Shown here: one piece after another, positions 29,937 to 39,453 of the stretch
How positions within the stretch are numbered: position 1 is the stretch's first letter
Layout of the letters: every line of letters begins with the position of its first letter
Assembly (NCBI GenBank): GCA_001771575.1
Contig: MEUD01000001.1
Location: 991,277-1,055,276 of the forward strand
Length of the DNA: 64,000 bases
From: a candidate division WOR-1 bacterium RIFOXYB2_FULL_45_9
GTDB lineage: Bacteria; Margulisbacteria; WOR-1; O2-12-FULL-45-9; XYB2-FULL-48-7
Direction of reading: 5' to 3'
The notes under the pieces: generated by a model
The model's input: the letters and a program-made list of their open reading frames with translations, nothing else
What the model was told of the DNA's origin: nothing
Database searches by the model: none
Translations under genes and position numbers: made by a program

Positions 29937-30530
29937 ATGCCGCTGGCTATAGCCATTGACCAGAAAGTCAAGTATGTTAACGGCACCGGCCAAGAAGAGA
30001 CTGTTTTCACTATCGCCAGCCGCCCTGGTGAAGAGTTCCTTCGCCTTCGTTTTGCCGGCAGTGACAGACCTCATTTTTACCCTATTACCCAGCGCAATGT
30101 CGGCGCCAATGCCGACGCGGTTGATGTTGACATCAACCAGCCGATCGATGCCGGCTTAGCGACACAAGATGACGGGCCAGTCCTCATCACCCCTCTCCCT
30201 GGCCAAAGCTCTACACAAGAAGTCGGCTACGTCAGTGACCGCCGTAAAAGAGAACGGGCCATTAACTTAGTCAGACAGGCATTAAGCAGGCTGGCCGGCC
30301 GTGGCAATTTAGAGTTGAAGATCGATGTCAACAGAGATGGAAGGTTAACCCTGAAATCGGCAACCATCCCTCACGGCAGTCGATGGCGTAACGAAGACGG
30401 TTCGGAAACGATCCCAACGGCGGAAATCTCAAGATTGCTGAATACAATAACTTTTCCCGAGGATTTGAGAGGAAACGCGGCAAACCCGGTCATTACGTTT
30501 ACCGTGTCAATCACCAAGATCGTCCAATAA
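29937..30530 (+). CDS. TonB-C/AgmX-like C-terminal domain ORF, likely the distal part of 27346..29871
   Basis: G.LELKIDVNRDG...ITFP...ITFTVSI pattern; no SD; frame is open back to the A9 tract at 29855. Confidence 0.55.
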   Translation: MPLAIAIDQKVKYVNGTGQEETVFTIASRPGEEFLRLRFAGSDRPHFYPITQRNVGANADAVDVDINQPIDAGLATQDDGPVLITPLPGQSSTQEVGYVSDRRKRERAINLVRQALSRLAGRGNLELKIDVNRDGRLTLKSATIPHGSRWRNEDGSETIPTAEISRLLNTITFPEDLRGNAANPVITFTVSITKIVQ

Positions 30531-30578
30531 TTATGCGGGGCAAGGGCATCAGCCGAACGGCTTGTTCCTGCGTTTGAT

Positions 30579-31682
30579 TTACCGCCGCCGCAGGGCGGCA
30601 AAGGTAGTTTCGTATCGGTTAGAAGCGTTCCAGACGAGAAAACTGTCAACCCCCAGTTCTTTGGCCGCCCTAACCTGTTCCAAGATGTAGTTTGGCCCAT
30701 AATTGGGAGAACGGAGGTTGAATCCCTGGATCCACGGGACCAGGGTCGTCGCTTCACCGGACAAAATATCCAGCGATTTCTTCACTCCCTGGCTCATGAA
30801 ATGATAAGGATAGTTTCCCGGGTTGGCATAACCGTCATAGCCGGCATGAAAATGCGATGGATAGAGCATTGGCGACAGCACATCCAGGTAAGCAGCCATC
30901 TTTTTTAAGTCCTGCCCCAGATTTTTTATATCAACCGGCTGCTGCCAGGCGGCGATCCCAAAAATGTCGACCGCCAGAGAAACATTGTAGCGGTTAAGCC
31001 GCTTTTTTACTCCCGCTAAAAATTCGCAAATGGTATCGACCCGGCTGACCCCTTCTTTCTTGTGCGGGTAATAAGCGTTTTTGGCCCGCCCTTCAGCCGG
31101 GAAGCGGATGTAATCGAACTGGACCTCGTCTACCCCGGAAGCAGCCGCCCGCTCGGCCACCAGCTCATTGTAGAGCCTGACCTCATCGGAGTATGGATCG
31201 CCCCACTTCCCCCCCTTTAGATCGCGGTAATAGTCTCCCCCGGGGAGTTTGATCGCCAGGTCCGGCCTGGTCAAGGCCAGGTGATCGTCCTTAAAGACCA
31301 CCAGCCGGGCAGAGACAATAAAGCCCTGCTCGTGGAGTTTGGCGGTAAGTTCAGAGAGCCAGGGATCGGCAGTCGCGACAGTTTTCTCGGTCAACCCTCT
31401 CTTTTTGAGCAATTCCAGAAGGGGCGGGGTCAGGGCAAATTTAGCATCTACCACGATCGTATTGAGCCCGCAAGCTTTGGCCTGGGCAAGCAAGTGATCG
31501 AGCATTTTTGGGGTCCGTGCGACATACCAGGTAATATATATCCCTTTGTCGGATTTCTTTTTGACCTTCAGCGGGAGGTCGGGGTGGTCGCTACTCACCG
31601 CCGCTCTCTGAAACAATAAGGGAAAAAGCAACAGCAGAGAGATGGCAACGACCGCGCAGACGGCGTACACATACTTCTTCAT
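30579..31682 (-). CDS. putative glycoside hydrolase (DUF4015-like)
   Basis: NTIVVDAK, ARLVVFKD, DEVQFDYIRFP, SPMLYPSH, PWIQGF and WNASNRY motifs; N-terminal membrane anchor. Confidence 0.8.
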   Translation of the reverse strand: MKKYVYAVCAVVAISLLLLFPLLFQRAAVSSDHPDLPLKVKKKSDKGIYITWYVARTPKMLDHLLAQAKACGLNTIVVDAKFALTPPLLELLKKRGLTEKTVATADPWLSELTAKLHEQGFIVSARLVVFKDDHLALTRPDLAIKLPGGDYYRDLKGGKWGDPYSDEVRLYNELVAERAAASGVDEVQFDYIRFPAEGRAKNAYYPHKKEGVSRVDTICEFLAGVKKRLNRYNVSLAVDIFGIAAWQQPVDIKNLGQDLKKMAAYLDVLSPMLYPSHFHAGYDGYANPGNYPYHFMSQGVKKSLDILSGEATTLVPWIQGFNLRSPNYGPNYILEQVRAAKELGVDSFLVWNASNRYETTFAALRRR

Positions 31683-31760
31683 GCCAGTATTGTAGCATGA
31701 CGGCGCCCCATTGACGCGGCCCCGGTTTCATGAGAAAATTTCCCCGGAGAGTGATAAATA

Positions 31761-32231
31761 ATGGCAAATCCAATTATCATGGTTGTGGACGACGAGGTTG
31801 ATGTCGCTAACGTTATTTCCGACACTATCAGGGACACCGGCAAATACGAGGTCTTGACCGCCTACTCCGCCAAAGACGCGCTCGACAAACTGAACAAGAA
31901 CAGGAGCTTTCTCGGCCTTGGCGGAAACAAGATCAGGTTGGTCTTCCTGGACATTAAGATGCCGGAAGTCGACGGTCTTCAGCTCCTGGAAAAGATCCGC
32001 AAAGACTACGGCGAAGATATCGGCATCTCGATGCTGACCGCCTGGGAAGACGAGGAAAAATGGGACCGCGCCACCTCCGGCTTTGTCGTCAACTACATCA
32101 AGAAACCGTTCAAAGGCGACGAGCTTATCGCTACCGTCGAAAAGTTTTTTGAAGGGAAAGACACCAGCATGGTCCTGAACACCTTTGAAAAGCACATCGA
32201 GAAACGGGAAGAGTTTAAGAAGAAGGGATAA
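31761..32231 (+). CDS. single-domain response regulator (REC)
   Basis: VVDDE, LDIKMP..DG, MLTA and YIKKP motifs. Confidence 0.9.
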   Translation: MANPIIMVVDDEVDVANVISDTIRDTGKYEVLTAYSAKDALDKLNKNRSFLGLGGNKIRLVFLDIKMPEVDGLQLLEKIRKDYGEDIGISMLTAWEDEEKWDRATSGFVVNYIKKPFKGDELIATVEKFFEGKDTSMVLNTFEKHIEKREEFKKKG

Positions 32232-32247
32232 GCGGCCTAATCACTAA

Positions 32248-32310
32248 CCCTCACCCAAGTTTGAGATAACGCTAGGGCTTCGTTTAACGCCCTCTCCCAG
32301 AGGGAGAGGG
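32248..32310. repeat. REP-like palindromic element (CCCTCACCC...CCCTCTCCC-AGA-GGGAGAGGG) between convergent genes
   Basis: Hairpin CCCTCTCCC/GGGAGAGGG; related to the element at 41658-41787. Confidence 0.65.
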
Positions 32311-32323
32311 TTTCTTCCTGCCC

Positions 32324-34468
32324 CTAAAACGTCAGCCTGAACGTGCTCCCCTTCCCTACTTCGCTGTCGACGGAAATATCACCGTCATGTTCGCGGATTA
32401 TCCGATAAACGATCGACAGTCCCAGCCCCACCCCCTCGTGCCTGGTAGAAAAGAATGGGTCAAAAATCTTCTCTCTCAATTCCGGCGGGACCCCTTTGCC
32501 GGTATCGCTGACCTCGACCACCACCCGGTTGTTCTCCTGGAAAGTCTTCACCATGATCTTCCCCCCCTGGGGCATCGACTCGATCGCGTTCTGGAAGAGG
32601 TTGATAAAAACCTCCTGCAGGGCCTCGGGATCGCCGGAAATTTTGGGGATCTCCATTAGATCTTTTTCCAGCTGGACCTTGCCAAAGGAAATCAGGACCA
32701 AAGAGGCTTCGATCATTTCGTTAAGGTCGACCGGCTTCCTCTCTTTCTTCTTCTCTTTGGCCAAGTCGAGCATCCGGTTGACGATGCCGGAGATCCTATC
32801 GATATGCCGCAGGGTCAGGTCGCGGAAGTTCTTCAGATATTCCAGGTCACGGGACTGATTGGCCAGCCGCTCCGTTTCTCCGCGGATGACGGTCAGGGGA
32901 TTCCTGATCTCGTGAGTCACACCGGCGGTCAGGGTTCCGAGCGAGGCGAGCCGCTGTGAGCGCTCCAGTTGGCGCTCCACCGCTTCCAAGTCGGTCCTGA
33001 TCTTTTCATACGATCGGGTGTGGTCAAGGGCCATGGCCGCCTGGTTGGCCAGGACCTGAAGCAGACGAAGATCTTCGTCGGTGTAGGCGTCTTCAGAGAG
33101 CTTGCGCCCCAGGGCGAAAAAGCCGATCAGCCTGCTCTCCAGGATGCAGGGGACGACCAGCGCTGATTCGATCTCCTTGACGTCAAAGAGGGGCCCTCTT
33201 TTTTTGATCATTTCCGCGATGAACGGAGAGTCGACAGGCACGGCGCAGGTATTCGGCTGGGGGGCGCAGTCGACCCGATCATAGACCAAATAGCAGGTCG
33301 ATTTCATTTCCAGCTCCGAAAAGTGCTCGGGGAGATAGATCTTCGGCTCGGAGATCTCGACGACGTTGTAAAAGGTGCTGTAGAGGACCTTGAGGATCTC
33401 GGTCAACGACATTTTTTCCCCGACCTTGCTTGTCGCGTCGGAGAGCTCACGGTAATAATTGTATTTCCCCCGGAGGAACAATTTATCCGAGGTCGTCTGG
33501 ACAAAGATCCGGAGGTTGTGATGGGTTTGGCCGACAAAGATCCCGTAGATCACCGTCAGGCTCAAAAAGACCCAGCCGATATTCGAACCCACGTAAGCCA
33601 GGTATCCCCAGACCAGGAGAAGATACATCGTGGCGTGAAGGCCGATCGTTATTATTTCGGCAAAAAACCGGCTGATAACGATCGAGATATCAAGAAGGTG
33701 GTGCTTGGTGATCGCGTAAGCGGTAAAAGCGACAAATATTAATGAAAACCATGAGCCCATCCACGCCAAAGAAGCGATTCCCACCAATAAAAGCAGTAAA
33801 TTTGTAATTACAAAACCAAGCACGGAAATAAACGCTCCAACCAAAAAATAAAAGAGGCGCAGTTTTTCTAAATTGTTGGCGTGAAAATAACTCTGCGCCA
33901 AGTTAAACAAAACCAGGCCGATATAAGAGATTATGTAAAAAGCAAAAATGCCATATCCACCACCGGCCAAAGGCGTTCTTGTTCCTTTGTCCAAAATAAT
34001 CCCTTTTATAATAAATGCCGGATCCACCAATATAGCGACGATTAACAACAAGGGGAGAATCAACAAAAGAGCCTTGCTTGTTTGCGTAAAATACGGCTTA
34101 CGCTGGGGAAAAACCATAGTAAACATCATCAAAAAAAAGGTCATTAAAATCGCGGCGATATACACATACCAATCGCACCAAAACAATGTCGTTCTTGGAA
34201 AAGCATTAATTATTATTGACGCTAATAAATTCCAAGAAGCCAAGAATAATAAAAAATGAAAGAAATAAAGATTGATCAGGCTGTGCGAATTATTAATGAC
34301 AATAAAACAACCAAGCAATATTTGCGAGAGAACCAGGTAATAACTAGGCAGATAGATTAAATCTAATTTATAAAAAAAGACAAACACGGTGCCAACAACA
34401 GCGGCAACAATAAACATAGCCAGCATAAGGCTCAGCAACTGCTTATTGATTTCCGGTTTTAAGGCCAT
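32324..34468 (-). CDS. multi-TM sensor histidine kinase with GAF-like, HisKA and HATPase domains
   Basis: HEIRNPL H-box, NLFQNA N-box, DTGKG, FDPFFST, GLGL; about 10 N-terminal TM segments. Confidence 0.93.
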   Translation of the reverse strand: MALKPEINKQLLSLMLAMFIVAAVVGTVFVFFYKLDLIYLPSYYLVLSQILLGCFIVINNSHSLINLYFFHFLLFLASWNLLASIIINAFPRTTLFWCDWYVYIAAILMTFFLMMFTMVFPQRKPYFTQTSKALLLILPLLLIVAILVDPAFIIKGIILDKGTRTPLAGGGYGIFAFYIISYIGLVLFNLAQSYFHANNLEKLRLFYFLVGAFISVLGFVITNLLLLLVGIASLAWMGSWFSLIFVAFTAYAITKHHLLDISIVISRFFAEIITIGLHATMYLLLVWGYLAYVGSNIGWVFLSLTVIYGIFVGQTHHNLRIFVQTTSDKLFLRGKYNYYRELSDATSKVGEKMSLTEILKVLYSTFYNVVEISEPKIYLPEHFSELEMKSTCYLVYDRVDCAPQPNTCAVPVDSPFIAEMIKKRGPLFDVKEIESALVVPCILESRLIGFFALGRKLSEDAYTDEDLRLLQVLANQAAMALDHTRSYEKIRTDLEAVERQLERSQRLASLGTLTAGVTHEIRNPLTVIRGETERLANQSRDLEYLKNFRDLTLRHIDRISGIVNRMLDLAKEKKKERKPVDLNEMIEASLVLISFGKVQLEKDLMEIPKISGDPEALQEVFINLFQNAIESMPQGGKIMVKTFQENNRVVVEVSDTGKGVPPELREKIFDPFFSTRHEGVGLGLSIVYRIIREHDGDISVDSEVGKGSTFRLTF

Positions 34469-34489
34469 GATCCGGTATTATAACCCGAA

Positions 34490-35281
34490 TTAACGCGGCA
34501 ATCTATCAAAAATAAAGGTGTGATTCTGCCCGGCGTAAGTATAGTAAGGTTCTCTAACGGAAAACGGATAAGGGGAGGCGCGCCGCGCTCCTTCGATGAC
34601 CTCTGCCCATTGCCGGACCGACCAGAAATGGGATTCAATTTTGTAACTGTGTCTTAGAACCAGTTGAAAAGGAAGCAGGAGGGCGTAGTTGTAGACGGCG
34701 CGCGTGGCATGGCCCGCGAGCGCCAAACCGCCGATCACCTGCCCATAGCGGGAAAAATAACGCTCTTTCATGGCCGCCAAATGTTCCTTGAAAATCGCCG
34801 AAGAGCTTGCCGCTTCTTTGGGGTTTGTCATTAAGAAAGAACCGCCGGGCTTTAGCAAACGCATTACTTCAACCAGGGTTTTTTGCGGATCACTGACCAG
34901 ATAGAACGAATTGTTCGCCAAGATCCCGTCAAATGCCCCATCCGGGAAAGGCAGGGTTGTCCCCATGTCTCTTTGCTGAAACGAAACATTATTCAACCCG
35001 CCAAAATCACTCTTTTTACGGGCTCTTTCCAATGCGTAAAGAGAAGTATCAACTCCCAACGCTCCACCATTCGAGCCTAAAAGCCGACCGATTGCTAAGG
35101 TTGAATTGCCGGAACCGCAACCTAGGTCAAGATAATAACCTGAAGGCTTAACAACCATCTGCCTAGCCCCTTCCACTAATAAATGCTTATAAGGTTCCGA
35201 CTGGTTCCGATCGTAAACCTTGAAATAAAGCCGCCAAAAATGCTTATTAAGACTATTAATTATCATCTTTTTAAAGACCAC
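34490..35281 (-). CDS. class I SAM-dependent methyltransferase
   Basis: LDLGCGSG, LPFPDGAFD and LLKPGG motifs. Confidence 0.9.
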   Translation of the reverse strand: MVFKKMIINSLNKHFWRLYFKVYDRNQSEPYKHLLVEGARQMVVKPSGYYLDLGCGSGNSTLAIGRLLGSNGGALGVDTSLYALERARKKSDFGGLNNVSFQQRDMGTTLPFPDGAFDGILANNSFYLVSDPQKTLVEVMRLLKPGGSFLMTNPKEAASSSAIFKEHLAAMKERYFSRYGQVIGGLALAGHATRAVYNYALLLPFQLVLRHSYKIESHFWSVRQWAEVIEGARRASPYPFSVREPYYTYAGQNHTFIFDRLPR

Positions 35282-37560
35282 CCAAACATTTTTCGCTTTA
35301 GTCGCCCCAAGGCCAATTCAATCATTGTTTTTAATCCAACCCATAATGTATAATACGCGACCATATGGATGCGGCCATTTTCGCCAACCTTTGTTTTAAG
35401 CATTTCTCTCAATTGGGCATCTTGTTTTTTTCCAAAAACTACAACCCCAGCTTCTTCTTCATCAATAGCTATTCTTCCACCGTAAGCGTTTGTTTCAATA
35501 CCGGAATCATCCGCCTTGCCTTGCGATCCTTGTTCAATAATTAATTTTTGCTCTTCGGTCAATTCTTTTCCATTAATTGTTTTTATTAAAGAAAAGTTAC
35601 TCATCCGGCTAAAATCTTTAATCACTCGTAAACTTTGACTGGTAGCGTAGACTGGAATACCTCTTGTAAGTGCCAGCCAAAACCCTCTAAAAATACCATT
35701 CTCATACCAATACTTATACAACAACCTTCTACCAATCTCATTCGTTATTGCAACTTGCAGTTTTTTCCCTCGGGCAACTTCTCTAATCATGGCCGCTGGA
35801 ATTTTCATGGCAACCACGCGCTTCTTTCCAATGTTTACTTCTATTAGATTAAATGACACAATCCCTAAAATGTCATGTTCATTCCCAGGAAGACCCTCAA
35901 TCAAAACTGTGTATCGTGGATTAACGGTCCTTTCCATCATTGGTTCGTCTTCAAGAGACAAAGACGCGATCATTTCTTCTTTGGTCTTCCCTTCAGCTAT
36001 TTTGGTCTTTTCATAAACCGCTAAAACGGTCTCCCTCATCCAACTGAGAAACCCTCTTAAATGGTCTCTTAATTTTGGATAAGGGTATTCAAATATCCTT
36101 ACTCTTTGACCTTGAATATCTCTAATTTCGCCCTTTTCCAAAACTTCCATTTTTTCTTCCATGGTCAATTGGGGGGCCAGATCGTAACCCGTCCTCTGAC
36201 TTCCATTCACAACCAGAGAGACCACGCTAAAGCCAACCTGGGTCATTTTAATTTTACGACTCCCGGTGTCTTCTTCTTTGGCGATCGAGCGCTCTTCCGC
36301 TTGCCAGACCTCCGTGATCAGCCGCCCGCCGCAGATCTCCGAAATTCGCTGGGCGACCTCCCGCAAGACCATGCTGTGCAGTTTTGAGGCGACGTCCTGG
36401 ATCCGGTTGTTGGCGGAGATCGGCTCCGCAGTCATCAAGGCGGGATATCTTTCCGCTAAAGCCCGGGCCCTTTCGCTGTCAGGAAGGCGGTTGGAGGCGG
36501 TCCAGATCGCCCAGAGGCTGTGCTTCCTCTTCATGACCGGGTCGCCTTCAAAGCGGTGTTCGGCCTGGTCGGAGGTGTAAGGAAAAACACCGTAGACCAA
36601 TTTTCCGGGATTGTCTTCCGGCAAAACGTAAAACTGGTGGTCGGCCTCGATCGAAGCAAGGTCTGTGATCGCCTCTTCGCCGCGTCCCGCGCCATGCAGG
36701 GCCTTTTCCGCCTTCAGATCGACAACCGACAGGGTCCGGCCGTTTTGAACATAGCGGCGCTCCGCCTCGGCGTTTATTTTTCTCAAGTCGATCCATTCAC
36801 CCTGATAGTGCGAATCAGCCTTGTCGCCGTCGCCGCTGCTGATCGCCAAAGTCGCTTTGCCGCTTTCCTTATCGTAGAGATAGACCCGGGAGTTTCCCCA
36901 AAGGATATCCAGGGTCTGCGCCGCCAGATTGACCACTTCATGGAGGGTATAAACCCCCTGAAGGGCCCGGCGGAGGCTCATGACCGAGCCATTGACCTTC
37001 ATCTGGGTCGTTTTGCTCGAGATCCATTCCACCTGATCGACGATCTCGAACCGCTCGGCCGACTGATCCTCGACCAGACGGACCATATTCTCGCTAAGCA
37101 GGTGGTTAAATAAGGCGTGGTGATCGACGGTAAAGCTCCCCATGGAGCAGTAGTTAAAGAATTGTTCGCGGGTAAAGGTCCCATTATCCCGGCGGGTCAG
37201 TTCCCTGATGAGCCGGACCATCCTTTTGGCTTCACCGGTCAAATGCCCGGGGGCAGTGTCGCTCTTGCTCAACGGGACCCGGTTGGTCATCTGGACCTGC
37301 AAATATTGGTAATTCAACATCTCCGGCCTTTCCGGATTGATCCCGGAAGCGGCCAGAGCGGGCGCAAAACCTGGAGAGAAGCAATCGGTATCGATCAAAC
37401 GATCGACGATCGAACTGATCAGATGGTAATAAATCCCTGCCGGGAGATATTTCCACCCCGCCCGATCAGGGAAAGTAACCCTGGCGCCGGTTTTTTGGGC
37501 GGCTAAACGTTCCCGCCCAAAATCGCAATAAGCTCTGCCGAGAGAGGAAATTTTTGCCAT
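35263..37560 (-). CDS. hypothetical protein with possible GAF-like middle and GNAT-like C-terminal domain (start revised to MAKISS...)
   Basis: Long ORF with SD AAGGA before the ATG at 37560; IREVARGKKL resembles GNAT motif A (weak). Confidence 0.65.
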   Translation of the reverse strand: MAKISSLGRAYCDFGRERLAAQKTGARVTFPDRAGWKYLPAGIYYHLISSIVDRLIDTDCFSPGFAPALAASGINPERPEMLNYQYLQVQMTNRVPLSKSDTAPGHLTGEAKRMVRLIRELTRRDNGTFTREQFFNYCSMGSFTVDHHALFNHLLSENMVRLVEDQSAERFEIVDQVEWISSKTTQMKVNGSVMSLRRALQGVYTLHEVVNLAAQTLDILWGNSRVYLYDKESGKATLAISSGDGDKADSHYQGEWIDLRKINAEAERRYVQNGRTLSVVDLKAEKALHGAGRGEEAITDLASIEADHQFYVLPEDNPGKLVYGVFPYTSDQAEHRFEGDPVMKRKHSLWAIWTASNRLPDSERARALAERYPALMTAEPISANNRIQDVASKLHSMVLREVAQRISEICGGRLITEVWQAEERSIAKEEDTGSRKIKMTQVGFSVVSLVVNGSQRTGYDLAPQLTMEEKMEVLEKGEIRDIQGQRVRIFEYPYPKLRDHLRGFLSWMRETVLAVYEKTKIAEGKTKEEMIASLSLEDEPMMERTVNPRYTVLIEGLPGNEHDILGIVSFNLIEVNIGKKRVVAMKIPAAMIREVARGKKLQVAITNEIGRRLLYKYWYENGIFRGFWLALTRGIPVYATSQSLRVIKDFSRMSNFSLIKTINGKELTEEQKLIIEQGSQGKADDSGIETNAYGGRIAIDEEEAGVVVFGKKQDAQLREMLKTKVGENGRIHMVAYYTLWVGLKTMIELALGRLKRKMFGWSLKR

Positions 37561-37654
37561 TAAAGAATTCCTTTTTTGTTTTGTGTCGCTTAAGTTATTT
37601 AACCGCAGAATTAATTCCGCAGTTAGACAGGCAATTGAGTCTGTGTCCAACTAA

Positions 37655-37681
37655 TTCTCGATAATTAAAGGGGAAAATTTC
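37655..37681 (-). promoter_or_regulatory. sigma28-like promoter GAAA-N15-ATCGAGAA
   Basis: Minus strand reads TGAAATTTTCCCCTTTAATTATCGAGAA; same spacing as the other copies. Confidence 0.65.
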
Positions 37682-37717
37682 ACTTAAATTGGGAAAAGTG
37701 AGTGGCAGGTCAGGTAG

Positions 37718-39307
37718 CTAAAAGAGGTTCGGTCTTTGAGGATCGAGCTGGGCTTTCTTTTCGTAAACCTTGGCGGTCAATCCAAGACCGGCAAAATGAC
37801 GCATCGAGAGCTCCGAAACCTCCCCATTTTTAAGCTTATCGCTTAAAAAAGCGTTCCAGCGGAAGACCGAGTCGTCTAAGACCTCCAGGGGAGCGGGGCC
37901 GCACTCATCAAGCTCCAGGGCAAAAAAGTAGCGGGCCGACTGGAATAACTGCTCTTCCTGGGCGGCAGTGTCAGCCAGGACCGGGGCGTTCCAGTCCCAG
38001 AAGTAAAAATTGACCACTTCAGAGTTCAGCCGCTGAAGGTTGACCGAGATCGCGACCGGATGCCGCGGCAGAATGCTCTGGCGAAAATACCTCAAGACCC
38101 CGGTCATGTTCTCAGCCGGCCTGGCCGGGAAATAGAGCCCAATTAAGGCCGGCAAAGAAAGAAGGGCGGGAAGAAGCAGGGCGATCGCTACCCGCTTGAC
38201 TTTGAGGTCGTATTTCTCGATAAAATAAAAGAACGCGGAGGCGGCGATCATAAAGAGAAACGGAGCGATTATATAAATAAACTGTGGAGCTTTGGTGGGA
38301 ACGGTCATGGTCGCCAGGATCAAGACCGTCCAGATAAAGGTGTATAGTTTATTGGTTTTCCAGTAATGGAACGCGGTAAACGGCAGGAACAAGGCCGCCA
38401 CGATCAGCAAGCCGATCCAGGGTGAAAAAGAAAAATTCTCGATGATCGTCCGGGGATAATAAAGCAGGGACGGAACCACTCCAGGGACCGCCTCGCCGCC
38501 GGAATAGCGGAAGATCGCCTGCAGAAAAAGGAGAAACTTGCGGGCGAAGGCGGAAGTAAAGAACCAGGTCCCGGCCACGACAAACAGGACGGTGACAAAG
38601 ATCAGCTTCCGATAAGCCCACCACAAAAAAGCATAGGCCGACCGCTCTCCCTTTTTATTGAGCGCGATCACATCAACAAGGATCGGGCCAAGCTTGGCAA
38701 AAGAAACGACGAGAAAAGCCGGGATCATAAAATAAGCGTACAAATAATTGGTATAGATCGATAAACCGACCAGGACCGCAAGAATAACATAATAGGCGGG
38801 AGACTTGCGGTCTTCGGTGCTGATGTAGAAGTAATACGCGACCAAAAAGATCAGGGCCCCCAAACCTTCCAGGGTGCTCCTGGTCGCGTAACTTATCATA
38901 ATCGGAGAAGACAGGGCGAGCCCCACCGCCATAAGACCGATCAGCGAGCCCGATCTGCGGCTAAGCTGAAGCGACGCCTGGTAGATAAAAAAGAGGGTCA
39001 GGATATAGATCAAGAAACTCAAAAACCGGGCGGAGGCAAAGCTGACACCGAACAGTAAAAAAGTAAGCGAGAGGAACCAGGAATGAAGGAAAGGCCAAAA
39101 CATTTGCCGCTGGGTATCGTACCAAAAAGCACCAAAGTCCAAAGCGGTAATATCTTTATAAAGCCAGAGGCCGTAGATCGCGTGCTGGGCTTCTTCTTTG
39201 GTAAAAGCGTCGCCAAGCAAAATGCCGTTGATAAAAATAATGGAAAGAAAAACAAAGACCGCCAGGAGCGCGACAAGCAGACCCTTTTGAAAAGATGTAA
39301 GCCGCAT
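37718..39307 (-). CDS. ArnT/PMT-like (GT39/GT83) integral-membrane glycosyltransferase
   Basis: Multi-TM; EEAQH acidic loop after TM1; WPFLHSW...FG.S..SAR motif; start revised to MRLTSF. Confidence 0.75.
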   Translation of the reverse strand: MRLTSFQKGLLVALLAVFVFLSIIFINGILLGDAFTKEEAQHAIYGLWLYKDITALDFGAFWYDTQRQMFWPFLHSWFLSLTFLLFGVSFASARFLSFLIYILTLFFIYQASLQLSRRSGSLIGLMAVGLALSSPIMISYATRSTLEGLGALIFLVAYYFYISTEDRKSPAYYVILAVLVGLSIYTNYLYAYFMIPAFLVVSFAKLGPILVDVIALNKKGERSAYAFLWWAYRKLIFVTVLFVVAGTWFFTSAFARKFLLFLQAIFRYSGGEAVPGVVPSLLYYPRTIIENFSFSPWIGLLIVAALFLPFTAFHYWKTNKLYTFIWTVLILATMTVPTKAPQFIYIIAPFLFMIAASAFFYFIEKYDLKVKRVAIALLLPALLSLPALIGLYFPARPAENMTGVLRYFRQSILPRHPVAISVNLQRLNSEVVNFYFWDWNAPVLADTAAQEEQLFQSARYFFALELDECGPAPLEVLDDSVFRWNAFLSDKLKNGEVSELSMRHFAGLGLTAKVYEKKAQLDPQRPNLF

Positions 39308-39453
39308 GTAATGTATTATAAGGTGGTAAACGGCCATGGTCAAGGGCATAATAACTACCAACCTACAACACGCTCATCCGCCGTTGGCGGATTCGCTACA
39401 ACTAACAACTGATTATTTATAACTACTCATTAGTTGTTGGAGCAGAGCCAAAA

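Noticed and set aside
31731-31757. GAAAATTT...GTGATAA upstream of the response regulator, resembling the sigma28-like motif
   Set aside because: The spacer is not 15 nt, the CGA core is missing and it ends only 3 nt from the ATG
37561-37650. 5' UTR hairpin (AACCGCAGAATTAATTCCGCAGTT) as a riboswitch
   Set aside because: A single stem-loop with no riboswitch consensus that I can recognise
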